From assembly GCA_965207445.1 (NCBI GenBank), contig CBDBLX010000002.1, forward strand, positions 2,199,849-2,263,848: DNA of 64,000 bases, in the 5' to 3' direction. This stretch comes from Nitrosopumilus sp. (GTDB taxonomy: Archaea; Thermoproteota; Nitrososphaeria; Nitrososphaerales; Nitrosopumilaceae). This document shows, piece after piece, positions 42,750 through 53,811 of the stretch (position 1 is the stretch's first letter; every line of letters starts with the position of its first letter). Position numbers and translations under genes: made by a program. Below the pieces are notes generated by a model. That model had not been told where the DNA came from. It searched no databases and saw nothing but the letters and a program-made list of their open reading frames with translations.

Positions 42750-42785
42750 ATATGAGTTTATTATACTCAAGAACTCTGTTTAAAT

Positions 42786-43247
42786 ATGACGGGTGAGAAT
42801 TTTGCAGGAAATATAATATCTAATCTAGCAGGTCTACCAGATTTTTTAAGAAAACCTATACTTGCCAAAAGAATGAAGGAATTTTTTGCATTGCCAGAAT
42901 CAGAAAAACAAGAGATTATTGAAAATGCACTCAACGCAGGACCTACAGTAGACTTTGGCAGATTTGAAAAACTTTTCAAGACATGGCTTGAGATACTCGC
43001 CACATTACAATCAGAGCAACGAGCAGAACTGATAAGCGCATATGTGACCAAAGTAGTAAAAGATCCAGAAAAATTGATTAAATTCAATACAGATGCCATA
43101 TTTGGAATATTTCTAACATTGCAACCAGAACAACACAAATTAATCGCCGCATCACTGAGGGATGCAGTGTCAAGATTAGATGAGAGAGAGTCAAAGATAA
43201 TCAAGTTAATAGTACCAGATGTAGCACAACAGTATTTAAGAATATAA
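42786..43247 (+). CDS. Conserved thaumarchaeal helical hypothetical protein
   Basis: LAGLPDFLRKPIL..RM.EFF; 153-aa ORF. Confidence 0.75.
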   Translation: MTGENFAGNIISNLAGLPDFLRKPILAKRMKEFFALPESEKQEIIENALNAGPTVDFGRFEKLFKTWLEILATLQSEQRAELISAYVTKVVKDPEKLIKFNTDAIFGIFLTLQPEQHKLIAASLRDAVSRLDERESKIIKLIVPDVAQQYLRI

Positions 43248-43395
43248 AAATAAATGAGTGTCATAAATCGAGATATATCAAAAACTCAAAATTAAAAATA
43301 ATTGAAAAAAAATAGTATGAGGGAAACAATAAAGACAACGACGCAAAGAACATTCAATTGAAAATCATAATAGTGACAATTGACAAATACAATTA

Positions 43396-43608
43396 TTGAA
43401 GATCAAATGTGCAAAGTGTAAAAAAGACGCAATTCTCGCATCAGATTTTTCATCTGTAAAATGCAATACATGTGAATTTGATATGAGTTATGGCAAATAT
43501 GTAAAATATGTAGCACATAACAATCCAATTTACTCAGACATATTGAGTGACTATGCGGGTGCTGCAAGTAAAGGGCTATCATCAGGAAGTCTTGATGAGT
43601 GGGACTAG
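43396..43608 (+). CDS. Small Zn-ribbon protein
   Basis: CAKC...CNTC. Confidence 0.65.
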   Translation: MKIKCAKCKKDAILASDFSSVKCNTCEFDMSYGKYVKYVAHNNPIYSDILSDYAGAASKGLSSGSLDEWD

Positions 43609-43650
43609 CAAACCAATACCTTATCATACTAGATGCACATATTACATATA

Positions 43651-43938
43651 ATGAAAGAGTACAGAACACACGTACAGATAATAGGTGAGATCCTCTCAAC
43701 TGCAAGAGATGATGTAGAAGATGAATACGGCTCTACAGTCACATATTTAATGAAAAAGACCAATGTGCCACATGACAGACTTACAAAGATGCTAAACATG
43801 TTAACAAAACGTGGTTTGATAGATAAAGATCAGTCAAGACCAACAAACAGATACAAGATAAATGATAATGGGAGAGAGTTTTTGCAAGCATATGTGTCAT
43901 TTACAGAATTAGCAAAAGATTATGGATTAAGTATGTAA
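43651..43938 (+). CDS. Winged-helix regulator
   Basis: YRTHVQII.EIL...TYLMKKTN...YKINDNGREFL; paralog of 50006-50284. Confidence 0.8.
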   Translation: MKEYRTHVQIIGEILSTARDDVEDEYGSTVTYLMKKTNVPHDRLTKMLNMLTKRGLIDKDQSRPTNRYKINDNGREFLQAYVSFTELAKDYGLSM

Positions 43939-44128
43939 TCGTATATTGCAAACTCAAAAGATCCTAAAATCTGTACATGGTATTAATGATCGATTTTAAA
44001 AAAAGGTTCGCGATTACCTTTGGCCAATTTTAAATACAGTACAGTAAATTCAGACGAATCATCAAATACAAAACATCCATACCACAAAGATACACAGAAT
44101 ATAATAGAGCAAACACATATGATACACA

Positions 44129-44734
44129 ATGAATAAAATTGTGTGCAATTATAATGGAATTCAAATAGCATCGCGTATGCTCAAAGACGGCAAAGTCATC
44201 ATATTCCCAACAGATACAGTATACGGAATAGGGTGCGATCCATACAATACAAAAGCAATCAAAAAGATTTATGAGATAAAATCACGAGACATATCAAAAC
44301 CACTTCCAATACTAGTAAATTCTATTGACACGGCACAATCAATATCTGATATGAATGACATATCGACAAGTATAGCAAAAAAATTTTGGCCAGGTCCACT
44401 TACAATAATTGCGAGTATGACAGATTCAAAATTGGCAAAATCAATGAACATACAGATGCAAGGAGGTGTTGCGCTCCGAGTTCCCAATCACAAGTGTATA
44501 CTAGAGTTGTTAAATGTATGTAAGATGATTACAGGTACAAGCGCCAATATCTCAAATATTCAATCAACTGGCAATCCAGATGAATGTGCAAGATCAATGA
44601 CGATGTATGATATGATTTTAGATGGAGGGATCATAGTAAATCCTACAGAATCTACAATTGTTGATACTCGAGATGGAAATATTACCATAGTAAGAAAAGG
44701 CAAAATAACGATGCAAGATTTGCAAAAGGTGTGA
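44129..44734 (+). CDS. Threonylcarbamoyl-AMP synthase (Sua5/YrdC/TsaC)
   Basis: FPTDTVYG, K.R...KPL, WPGPLT, LRVP, TSANIS. Confidence 0.93.
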   Translation: MNKIVCNYNGIQIASRMLKDGKVIIFPTDTVYGIGCDPYNTKAIKKIYEIKSRDISKPLPILVNSIDTAQSISDMNDISTSIAKKFWPGPLTIIASMTDSKLAKSMNIQMQGGVALRVPNHKCILELLNVCKMITGTSANISNIQSTGNPDECARSMTMYDMILDGGIIVNPTESTIVDTRDGNITIVRKGKITMQDLQKV

Positions 44735-45264
44735 TTATGAATTTAATTGTAACTTCTCAAAGACATATGGAGCAAGAGGCAGCAGATGAAATTCAAAGAA
44801 TTTTGAGTGTGATGGGTGATGATACACCAAACATTACAATTACAGACATGTCAGGAATATTAACAGTCGATACGACACTTGACCCGATACTAGTATCAAA
44901 AGAGATAAAAAATATTCTCATAGACGAGCCATGGGCTGTTCGATATTGTATGAGAATCATACCCATACAAGCTACAGTTAGTGCAAATACAGATGCAATT
45001 GCACAAACAGCAGTTAAAATGGCACTACACATGATACCAAAAAATGCAACATATAGAATCACTATTGAAAAGCGCAACTCAAGTCTTACAAGTAGTGATA
45101 TCATAACTGCCATAGCTGACCATATAAAAAACAAGGTATCACTTGATCATGCAAATATGACAATATTAGTAGAGATAATTGGTAATGAAATAGCAGGTGT
45201 ATCAGTATTACATGATACGGACATATTTAGTGCAGAAAAGACTCGTCGGGATATGAATCAATGA
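44731..45264 (+). CDS. THUMP-domain RNA-binding protein
   Basis: RIIPIQ, TYRITIEKR, KVSL...ILVEIIG. Confidence 0.85.
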   Translation: MIMNLIVTSQRHMEQEAADEIQRILSVMGDDTPNITITDMSGILTVDTTLDPILVSKEIKNILIDEPWAVRYCMRIIPIQATVSANTDAIAQTAVKMALHMIPKNATYRITIEKRNSSLTSSDIITAIADHIKNKVSLDHANMTILVEIIGNEIAGVSVLHDTDIFSAEKTRRDMNQ

Positions 45265-46123
45265 TTATGCAACATCAGAGCTTAGAACAGCAGCCCGTTC
45301 TGCTAAAATGTCCTCAAGGGGAGTGTTAGATATAGTCGAGTTTATTGCCCTTTGCGTGATCTTGAATCGTTTTTTTAAAAACATAGTATAGTCTGATGTA
45401 AACAGTACAGATAAAACAGAATTATCAAGTGAATTGTACAAAGAGTCAAGATATCGAGGGGCGCCAGTTGATACGAGTACAAAAGAGTGACGTGACGACT
45501 GTGATATACCAGCATCTTTAATTGCAATGGATATTTGGGTTGTAATGGCAAAGCGCATTAAAATGTCAGTCTCGATCTTTTTTGCAAGCATTATGTTACG
45601 TTTTTGAGACTCAGATGACAAGAAAAGTATCTTTCTTGCGTGTGTTTCATTTAACACATACTTTGCAGATATGATTTGAATTGTTGTCTTTGGATGAGAT
45701 GTCCTCAGTTTGTCAAGAAATAGTACACTGGTATTGCCGCGTATTCCGATAATATCAAAGCGTCGTGTTTTTAATTTTATAGTGATTCTTGTTGAAGAGG
45801 TCAGGGTTGTGGTTGGTGACGAACTGATATTATTATTACTACTACTATTATTACTATTATTACTACCACTACCACCATGCACTATAGGTATTATACTAAC
45901 AACATCATTATCACGTACCATAGACGATGTGCCACCAATAGCAGAAGTATCTGCACCATTGATTGCAACAAGTGTGTTTCTCAAGTCAAGTTTAGGAGAG
46001 TTTTCAACTTGCATGTTTTGTAGAATACGAACCAATTCATCAAGTGATACATCTGATCGATTAATGTTAATCACACTCTGCGCAAAGAGTTTCTTTGCAC
46101 CACCAACAAGTTCTACGCGGATC
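45265..46123 (-). CDS. Ubiquitin-like (MoaD/ThiS/SAMP) - Cgi121 (KEOPS) fusion
   Basis: MIRVELVGGAKK...LVAING...IIPIVHGG, a linker, then ETDILMRFA.TTQI..AI...LAERAA. Confidence 0.85.
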
Positions 46124-46160
46124 ATATTTGTGACTTTTGTTATTCTGCTATATAACGTAC

Positions 46161-46688
46161 TCAAAAAGAGGCAGGTTTGTCATCAGTATTGTCGTTATTA
46201 TGATTAGTTGTGTTTTGGGCATGAGAGTCTAATGGTTGTTTGCCACCATCATTATCATTATTGTCTAGTTTATCACCAACAGACTTTTGAGTATTTTCAT
46301 CACCAACAGTATCAAGTGCAACAGAGCTGTCATTTACAGCAAGACCAGTATCTTTGTTATATTCACCATCACGAGTCACAACAACATCTGAATTCTCATC
46401 GTAGTTGTTTACAACAGAATTCTCAGATCTAGCCATTCTATGTGCATTTGCTTGTCGCTCTTTCTCTTCTTCTCTAGCTTGTGCTTGTTCTTGTTCTTCT
46501 TGTGCCTTGAGTGAGCGTATCTCATTTTTGACCATTTTTGTAATATAGCCTGCAATCTTATTTTTTAGTCCCTTTGAGCGTATAATTGAAAGATCATTGA
46601 GTATTTGTTTGTTACCTGCAAAATCCTCGCCAAACTCTGACTTGTGTTTTTCAAGTATCTCAAATGACAGTTTTCTGACTCTGTCCAT
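46161..46688 (-). CDS. rps17e: Ribosomal protein S17e with an acidic C-terminal extension
   Basis: FGEDF..NK...SKGLKNKIAGYIT. Confidence 0.9.
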   Translation of the reverse strand: MDRVRKLSFEILEKHKSEFGEDFAGNKQILNDLSIIRSKGLKNKIAGYITKMVKNEIRSLKAQEEQEQAQAREEEKERQANAHRMARSENSVVNNYDENSDVVVTRDGEYNKDTGLAVNDSSVALDTVGDENTQKSVGDKLDNNDNDGGKQPLDSHAQNTTNHNNDNTDDKPASF

Positions 46689-46817
46689 AAGGCATACAAA
46701 AAGGATGGGTATATTATACCTAGTCACGCTCAAATCAAGACAAAAATTTCACTAGTATAATCACAAGTGAAGAATTACATTTTATGTACAATAGTTCAAT
46801 TAACGTACTTTACAATA

Positions 46818-47020
46818 GTAACCGTTCAACCCCCGTGTACCTGCGCCAGACACTAGGCGGTGAATTTGTGCCTAAATTTTGGAAGGGGTTGAACGGTTAC
46901 ATAATAAAAGACCATTTTATTTTTTAGTCTGTTGTATGGATAATCGTTCAATCCTTTCTCAAGTTTAAGCACAGATTCATCGCCTAACTTTTTGTGTATG
47001 TGCCAAAGTTGAACGGTTAC
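46818..47020. mobile_element. Two MITE family 3 copies (46818-46900 and 46940-47020), opposite orientations
   Basis: gtaaccgttcaac...gttgaacggttac ends. Confidence 0.8.
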
Positions 47021-47071
47021 GATTTATCCAGTTGTGTAGTTATTATATTCACAAAAGGTTAATTTATATAA

Positions 47072-47872
47072 TCATTTGCATATGGTGTTAAATGATTCCA
47101 GTCCAAGGTATTTTACAGAATTTTTTACAATCTGATCTGCCATACGATCATACTCCATATGATGTAAATTAGACATGACATAAAGCACACTTGCAACAAA
47201 ACAAGATTGTCCTGACTTTTGCTCAAAGCATCTAGAAAACTTTACAGGACCATCAGTCTCAACTAAAATCTGATTCACATCAGAAATAGAGATCAATTGC
47301 TGTTTGTCATTTGCATAAACAGAGACAGGTCCATATGATATGTAAAATCCCATATCATGTGCACGTGCAAGTTGACGTTTGTTACCATCAAACCAATGCA
47401 AAGATGCACATGATGCATCAAAAGATGTCATGACATCAAATACATCATCAAGACTCTTTCGAGAATGAATCGATACAGGTTTTTTCAATTTGGATGCTAG
47501 TTCTAGCATACTCACAAATGCATGCATCTGTTGAGACGATATCACACCATCAGATAAAGTCGGGTCTAGTCCGATCTCACCAATACCCATTATTTGTGAT
47601 GTGTTTTGTTCTGCTAACAATGTTAAATTATACAGCATATCATCAACACCAATTGCACAAACACATTCAGGATGCAAGCCCACAAAAGCAAACACAGAAT
47701 CACTCATGTTTGCAATGTGTAATGTACGTACTGAATCATTATAGTTCATAGATACTGCACATGCTGCAATATGTAGACGCTCAAGATGACATAACACGTA
47801 ATTCAGATCATCAGCATATGCCACATCTGACAAATGTATGTGAGTATCAACATATTTTGGCACCATTCTCAT
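47072..47872 (-). CDS. tatD: TatD-family hydrolase
   Basis: DTHIHL, GLHP, GEIGLD, IHSR, ETDGP. Confidence 0.9.
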   Translation of the reverse strand: MRMVPKYVDTHIHLSDVAYADDLNYVLCHLERLHIAACAVSMNYNDSVRTLHIANMSDSVFAFVGLHPECVCAIGVDDMLYNLTLLAEQNTSQIMGIGEIGLDPTLSDGVISSQQMHAFVSMLELASKLKKPVSIHSRKSLDDVFDVMTSFDASCASLHWFDGNKRQLARAHDMGFYISYGPVSVYANDKQQLISISDVNQILVETDGPVKFSRCFEQKSGQSCFVASVLYVMSNLHHMEYDRMADQIVKNSVKYLGLESFNTICK

Positions 47873-47965
47873 AGAAATTACGCATAATTGGTTTGTATAA
47901 ATCGATTTAATGGCCTAATTTTTTTGATCTATATCCTTTTGTTCATAATTTACGAAATACAAATA

Positions 47966-48184
47966 ATGGTAAAAACAGAATTTGGTACAACAGCCATGTA
48001 CAGAATACTCAAAAATGCAGGGGCAACAAGAATCAGCGATGAATCAGTAGAAGAGTTCAGGAGAACAATGCAAGAGATAGCAGATGCGCTAGCCAAAGAT
48101 GCAGTTGAGATGGCAAATCATGCAAAGCGTCGTACTATCCAAGGTCAAGACATCAAGATGGCTATGCGGCACTATCGGATATAG
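47966..48184 (+). CDS. Archaeal histone
   Basis: RILKNAGATRIS...A.HAKRRTI...DI.MA histone fold. Confidence 0.9.
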   Translation: MVKTEFGTTAMYRILKNAGATRISDESVEEFRRTMQEIADALAKDAVEMANHAKRRTIQGQDIKMAMRHYRI

Positions 48185-48221
48185 TAACAAGGATTAATTG
48201 TCTGTAGCATGAACACAGGCC

Positions 48222-48293
48222 GGTAAGATGGCAGAACGGTTATGCGTGGGCCTGCAAAGCCTATACAAGGGGGTTCGACTCCCTCTCTTACCT
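48222..48293 (+). tRNA. tRNA-Cys(GCA)
   Basis: Acceptor stem GGTAAGA/TCTTACC, anticodon arm TGGGC-CTGCAAA-GCCTA, T loop TTCGACT, U discriminator. Confidence 0.93.
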
Positions 48294-48842
48294 CTCATAA
48301 ACTGATATTGTACCTTCCATCCATGGATGTAGTGTGCAATAGTATTGATATGTGCCAGGTACAATAAATAATAGAGTGTACGAGTCATACGGATCCATAA
48401 ATCCACTATCAAACATATCCATAGGTGCATCAAAAGTGCCAGATGTGACACTGTGAAATGCAGAGTCGTTGTTTGTCCATGTTATTGGCTCGCCTACAGA
48501 TACATCATATGTGGAGGGTAGATAACAAGAGTCAGTGACTTCACATCCAGGCCGTGACACCTTTGTTGGCATTACAATGTCAGTCTTACGGTTCAGAGGA
48601 TCAAGTACGCGAACCAAATCATTAGAAAAGTGATCAGGGTTTGATTTGCCAATAGTGTTATTTTCAGATGTGATAAATGAGGTGTTAGAGTCAGGCGTCA
48701 TCTCATCAGTTGCAATCATGGCCACTACTACAACTACACCAACTGTTAAAATGGATGCTATAATGGTCACTATAACTAGTAATAATTTTTTGTCGTCTTT
48801 GTGTGATGTGGCATTATCAGAGCTATGATCCACATCGACCAT
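48288..48842 (-). CDS. Membrane-anchored blue-copper (cupredoxin/plastocyanin) protein
   Basis: TM, WTNND...HSVTSG, YYCTLHPWM type-1 Cu ligands. Confidence 0.9.
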   Translation of the reverse strand: MVDVDHSSDNATSHKDDKKLLLVIVTIIASILTVGVVVVVAMIATDEMTPDSNTSFITSENNTIGKSNPDHFSNDLVRVLDPLNRKTDIVMPTKVSRPGCEVTDSCYLPSTYDVSVGEPITWTNNDSAFHSVTSGTFDAPMDMFDSGFMDPYDSYTLLFIVPGTYQYYCTLHPWMEGTISVYER

Positions 48843-48925
48843 ACATATGCATAACTTTGGGGTGCTAAATAGTTGAGTCTTTTTCTTTAAGATCGTTTTT
48901 ATACAGATGTAAGAGATTTTGGTCA

Positions 48926-49099
48926 TTGGCAAAAAGCAAAAAATGCACAATGTGTTATGAAACAACAACACGAGAATTTTATCCAATGAAAGAGTGGAAT
49001 GTAAAAGGTCCACTATGTGGCAAGTGTTACTCTAAGATGTTACACGAGCATTACCCAGGCGAGCACATCAGAGTCAATAAAAGCACCACAACAGACTAA
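48926..49099 (+). CDS. Small Cys-rich protein, below the ORF-track cutoff
   Basis: Translated by hand (TTG start): MAKSKKCTMC...PMKEWNVKGPLCGKCYSK...YPGEHIRVNK. Confidence 0.65.
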   Translation: MAKSKKCTMCYETTTREFYPMKEWNVKGPLCGKCYSKMLHEHYPGEHIRVNKSTTTD

Positions 49100-49713
49100 A
49101 AAGGTGATTGTTTAGAATACTTGTGTGTATAAAGGCAGTTCCACACAAGTGGGTCGTTGCGTATTGCCTTTTCATCAGACTCGGATATGAACTTGATATC
49201 AGTTATGGTCTTTTTTCTGCGAGACATTGTAACTTGAAACGAGACAAATGATTCACAGTCACACACATGATAAAGGCAAGAGTCATTGTCATTCTCATCA
49301 TGATCCCTTGCTTCATGGCCACATCTGCTACACAATGCACTCTTTTTTACATCCTCAAGGGTTGTCTTTTCATAGACACCCAATCTCAGATATGCCTCAC
49401 CATCATGACCATTCTTAAAGCGTGCATAGTTATCAGAGATTGCAATATTTTTGTAAAATGACAAGTTCTGTGAAGGTTTCTTAGTCTGTGCGCCCATGAT
49501 AAACCAATAGGTATCATCACTAGATTCGACAAATCTAATCTTTATTGTATAATCAAGCCACCAATATATGACATCACGCCACAATTCTGCAGATTCTTTT
49601 TGATCATGGACCAAGGGTACAATAGTCATACGTAGATCATAATATCTATATGCAATACCAGATATGCCATCAAACCAGGGTATTGGAGATAATGGTCCTC
49701 GAGACTCTGACAT
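49096..49713 (-). CDS. Conserved hypothetical protein with a CxxCxH...C..CxC motif
   Basis: 205-aa ORF. Confidence 0.7.
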   Translation of the reverse strand: MSESRGPLSPIPWFDGISGIAYRYYDLRMTIVPLVHDQKESAELWRDVIYWWLDYTIKIRFVESSDDTYWFIMGAQTKKPSQNLSFYKNIAISDNYARFKNGHDGEAYLRLGVYEKTTLEDVKKSALCSRCGHEARDHDENDNDSCLYHVCDCESFVSFQVTMSRRKKTITDIKFISESDEKAIRNDPLVWNCLYTHKYSKQSPF

Positions 49714-49880
49714 TGTATGAGATCGCTCTGTGGCGTATTTATCTGATCGCGATCACTCAAATTTGTCAAGCACAAAAGGATTTCAGTTCATGGATTGTAC
49801 GGTGGTGTATTTATCTGATTATAATCATAGTAATCAACACGACGACGATGATAACAGCAGCAACAACAACAGCAAAAAAG

Positions 49881-49961
49881 GTAACCATTCAACCCCTTCC
49901 CAAATTTAGACACATATTCACCGTCTAACTTCTGGCGCAGGTACAAGAGTTGAACGGTTAC
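49881..49961. mobile_element. MITE family 3
   Basis: gtaaccattcaac...gttgaacggttac. Confidence 0.85.
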
Positions 49962-50005
49962 GTCTAATGCCTTAAGCTTATATTTTAGTAATAAAACTAC
50001 ATAAC

Positions 50006-50284
50006 ATGGTATATAGAACAAGCATGCAGATTGTAGCGGATCTATTGACTGCAACACAAGATTCAGGACAAGAAGGTATCAAGACTACATCTCTACTAAC
50101 AAAGGCGAATCTTTCGCACTCGCGCTTATCAAAATTCATGAAAAACCTTACAGGTGCCGGACTAATAAACCGCATAGACTATGACGGCAAGAACACGTTT
50201 GTAATCACCCCAAAAGGTAGACAATATTTAGAGTCATACGCAAAATTCTCTAGCATAGCAGAGTCATTTGGACTAGACCTCTGA
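50006..50284 (+). CDS. Winged-helix regulator
   Basis: YRTSMQIVADLL...KANLS...FVITPKGRQYL. Confidence 0.85.
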   Translation: MVYRTSMQIVADLLTATQDSGQEGIKTTSLLTKANLSHSRLSKFMKNLTGAGLINRIDYDGKNTFVITPKGRQYLESYAKFSSIAESFGLDL

Positions 50285-50387
50285 TCATAGAGGCTTTCCT
50301 CTCTCTTTCTTTTTGAATTACAACATATACATAGCAAATGACAGATAAATTCATACAGCGTACTAGAACAATATAATTATACAAGAG

Positions 50388-50609
50388 TTATCGTTTTTTA
50401 TTTCGTTTGCGTTTATCGTATGTGTTCTGTCGTTGTTTTCTTGTCTTATAAGCATCATACAAAAATATAGCAACTACACCCCCAATCGATACCCAAAACA
50501 ACACATAAAATGGAGGGTTTCGTATCTCACCAGTACTCGGACTTACAAATGCAATTGGTATTCCTACAAACATGAATATTAAAATAATTGTAAGATACTT
50601 GTCCATACC
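50388..50609 (-). CDS. Small two-TM membrane protein
   Basis: MDKYLTIILIFMFVGIPIAF...; basic tail. Confidence 0.65.
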   Translation of the reverse strand, partial: GMDKYLTIILIFMFVGIPIAFVSPSTGEIRNPPFYVLFWVSIGGVVAIFLYDAYKTRKQRQNTYDKRKRNKKR

Positions 50610-50657
50610 ATGCTTTAACTGCAAAACCATATATCTTTTTGAGTTATCCATAGTATA

Positions 50658-50855
50658 ATGAAAAAAGGACTCGAGTTGATAGGATTTGTCTTAATTGGAA
50701 TAATGGTACTTGCATTTGTAGGTGCGCTTCGCCCTGCAATAGAGGCAGGAACTTCAATGGTATTTTGGGGATGTGCCGCAGGCGCGCTTGGAATAATAAT
50801 ATACAGAAAAATGATCAAAAAAAGAGAGGTAGAGGACACAGACAACCTACAATAA
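50658..50855 (+). CDS. Small two-TM membrane protein
   Basis: Two hydrophobic helices. Confidence 0.6.
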   Translation: MKKGLELIGFVLIGIMVLAFVGALRPAIEAGTSMVFWGCAAGALGIIIYRKMIKKREVEDTDNLQ

Positions 50856-50860
50856 CACGT

Positions 50861-51539
50861 CAATAGTCTGCAACCTGTTTTATATGATTTTATTTGAATA
50901 ACTTACAATGTCGTTGAACATCGATGATCATATTTTATCAGATCAAATACAAAGTATTATATGGAAATATTGTAGTACCTCAGAACACATATGAAAATCA
51001 GGTACTAGAACATTGATATGAATTAGGGCGGGTAAATTGTAAGGTTTTACGAAAACGATTCGTCGATCTTGGATCAAAGATATCAACCAGACATAGCAAG
51101 GTGTAGATGATTATCTTGGTTTACTTACCTTGTAGTCTGTATGTGGTGTAGTCCAGTTTTGATCAAGTAATGGTGTAGATGATTATCTTGGTTTACTTAC
51201 TACCATGTCACTCAACAACATGTGTGTAAATGCAACAACACACAAAAGAAAACACAATGAATCTAACTATTTTAGAAAAAACGAGCGTATACGCATATAC
51301 CATCTAAAAGTACTGTGCTCAGATGTCTAAAGAGCGCAGAACTAGAGCACATGAAAGTCGAGGTGACAAGAACGTCAGACGTTCCACAATGCCAAAAAAC
51401 ACAACATGCTCAAAAAAGATAAGCACCATTGCAATTGATGAGCAGGTGGGAATTAAAACATGGCAGTTATTGCCAGTAAATGTACTGCACTGTACAATTA
51501 AAATAAGATCATTAAAATTAGGCACATTGCGGATTACTA
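50861..51539 (+). mobile_element. Internally deleted, degenerate ISH3 copy
   Basis: Colinear with 27559-28080 and with the 3' end (cacattgcggattact); no intact ORF. Confidence 0.8.
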
Positions 51540-51622
51540 ATGTGTGTAATCAAAGAATATAATAAAATATGATATAATTAAACAAAATAAAATAGTACTA
51601 TATTTATTTTTCAGTGTCAAAA

Positions 51623-52371
51623 CTATTTCAAGTTAGGGTTTGGTTTTGGATATCTTGATGGGTTTAAAATTTGATTTGTCTTATAACGTATACGATATAT
51701 TAAACTAGGTCTAGGCTCAGGCTCAGAACGTGCTAGCTGTGATTCCATTTCATTATATTTATTATGATACTTTATAGAATACATAGTATGTTTCTCTGGA
51801 CGTTGAGAATCATCATGTATTATCGTGATGTGGGGTATGACAAACATAGGCCATAATACTTTTCCATTATTTGTGATATACAATCCATGATATTTTTTAT
51901 GAACAGAAGTATTAAATGGATTGAGTAATCTATATAAGTAATTATATTCATTGTTGTATGATTTATTTCTTTGCCATATCTTGTAATAATGTTTCAACCC
52001 CACTACACCATTCCAAGGGGATCTTTTCTTACACTCTTCTTTAAATTTTAAAGTATCTCCAATTACATAACAATCCGAGTCCATGTACCAACTAACATCA
52101 ACTGAATTCTTGAATTGTTTAAAACCAAAGCTAACCTTGTCGTTGACATTTGTATGTGGACGATCCAATAAAATTACATTGTCATAAGATTTGCAAATCT
52201 CACGTGAGTCATCATTTGAAAGACCATTTGTTTTTTTTTTGCTTCATGTTCGTCACCATATCCCACAAATTTCCCATCAATTGCATATACGCGATCACAC
52301 CATTTCAGACTGTCTAAACAACGGGGCAGTGTTTCAGATTCGTTATAAAATAAAACCACTGGACAAATCAT
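51623..52371 (-). pseudogene. GT2-family glycosyltransferase, frameshifted in an A10 tract
   Basis: VLFYNESETLPRCLDSL...AIDG, frameshift at 52231-52240, then GLSNDDSREIC...YMDSD (DxD). Confidence 0.7.
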
Positions 52372-52451
52372 TAAATTGCCGTAGAATTTCACATATAAAA
52401 TCGTAAAAAATCAGAGTAAATGACTAAACATAACCTAATGTCTACACGCAT

Positions 52452-52557
52452 CTGATATGATTAAAGATCCGATATTTTGATTGATATTCATCTCGAAGTT
52501 GAACACATATTATAAATACAAAATATTAGAAAACTATCGGATCTTTAATGAAACTAT
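52452..52557. mobile_element. MITE family 1 (reverse orientation)
   Basis: Reverse complement of 8085-8190. Confidence 0.88.
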
Positions 52558-52601
52558 TACGCATACAGTAACACAAAAAGATGTATGTAAAACTGCTGAA
52601 A

Positions 52602-53516
52602 TCATTCAATAGAGCCATGAATGAGTTTTGACAATCCATCCTCCAGATTTATAGAGTGTTGCCAAGGTATATCGCGCGCAGCAATTTGAGTGTCGGCCAT
52701 ACTATGAGGTACATCACCTTGCAACGGTTCAGAATACTCTGCGGATACATCTAGTTCATAAACACGTGTCATGATATCGGCTAGCTTGTTTATTGTCACG
52801 CTATTTCCTGTTCCAATGTTAAAAAAACCGTCATGTCGAGTGCTTGTCATGGCCCCGAGGTTAGCCTCTGCCACATCCATCACATTTACAAAATCACGTG
52901 TCTGTAACCCATCACCATTAATTATTGGTCCAAGTCCTGACTTTAGCCGTCTCATAAACTGTGTTATAACCCCTGCATATGCTCCTGTCTGTCCTCTGCC
53001 ATAAACATTAAAGTAACGCAGTCCCATAACTCCTGCGCCATCGTCACCCATGTGTGTTTGAGATATAACTTCACAGTCGGATTTTGTTTTACCATATGGA
53101 TTTTCTGGTGCGTGTGGGGCATCCTCACGTATGGGTACAGATTGAGGAGTGCCATACACGCTAGAGCTACTTGCATAAACCACCCGTATACCATACTCTC
53201 GGGCTATCTCAAGTATGTTTTTTGTACCTGTGACGTTTACATCATGATATTCTTGTTGCATTAAATATGATTCTTGAACCGCTACAAGAGCTGCCTGATG
53301 AAACACACCATCACATGCACGCATGGCGATCTTAAGATCATCTCGATTTTTGATATCCCCCATGATAAATTCTATACTATCCATAGTGTCTTTCAATCTA
53401 TCCATGCTTCCTGTGCTAAGGTTGTCAAGCACACATACAGAATGGCCACGCTCAAGTAAGTATTTTGACAAGTGACTGCCAATAAACCCGGCTCCCCCTG
53501 TCACCAAATATTTCAT
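52602..53516 (-). CDS. NAD-dependent nucleotide-sugar epimerase/dehydratase
   Basis: TGGAGFIG, HQAA, ASSSSVYG, YGKTK, LRYFNVYG, RDFV. Confidence 0.93.
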   Translation of the reverse strand: MKYLVTGGAGFIGSHLSKYLLERGHSVCVLDNLSTGSMDRLKDTMDSIEFIMGDIKNRDDLKIAMRACDGVFHQAALVAVQESYLMQQEYHDVNVTGTKNILEIAREYGIRVVYASSSSVYGTPQSVPIREDAPHAPENPYGKTKSDCEVISQTHMGDDGAGVMGLRYFNVYGRGQTGAYAGVITQFMRRLKSGLGPIINGDGLQTRDFVNVMDVAEANLGAMTSTRHDGFFNIGTGNSVTINKLADIMTRVYELDVSAEYSEPLQGDVPHSMADTQIAARDIPWQHSINLEDGLSKLIHGSIE

Positions 53517-53662
53517 GTGTTTGTGTTTGTTGTAATAGATTTTAGCGTTTCTGAATAAATGTGACTGTACATATTTTGACCATATGTCGTCTGTTCAATT
53601 TTGTATGTTATTATATTATATAAAAAATATAATTGGGTACACATTGACAGTTTACAAAATTT

Positions 53663-53811
53663 CTCCGAGTCAAGATCCATGACTTGTATAATCATTCAAA
53701 AATAACTATTGCCCAAATGCATCGCATGCACGATACGCGATATACTAAAATGGATATGACCAAATACAAGTATGTAATTTTATTATTATATCCAAAGAGA
53801 TCAGTTCACAC
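53663..53811. mobile_element. MITE family 2 with 8-bp TSD
   Basis: Flanked by caaaattt on both sides. Confidence 0.8.

Noticed and set aside
45265..46123. Ubl-Cgi121 fusion as a novelty
   Set aside because: To my knowledge this fusion is already described in Thaumarchaeota.
48288..48293. Overlap of the cupredoxin stop codon with the tRNA-Cys 3' end as an integration site
   Set aside because: No duplicated tRNA fragment or integrase seen in the window.
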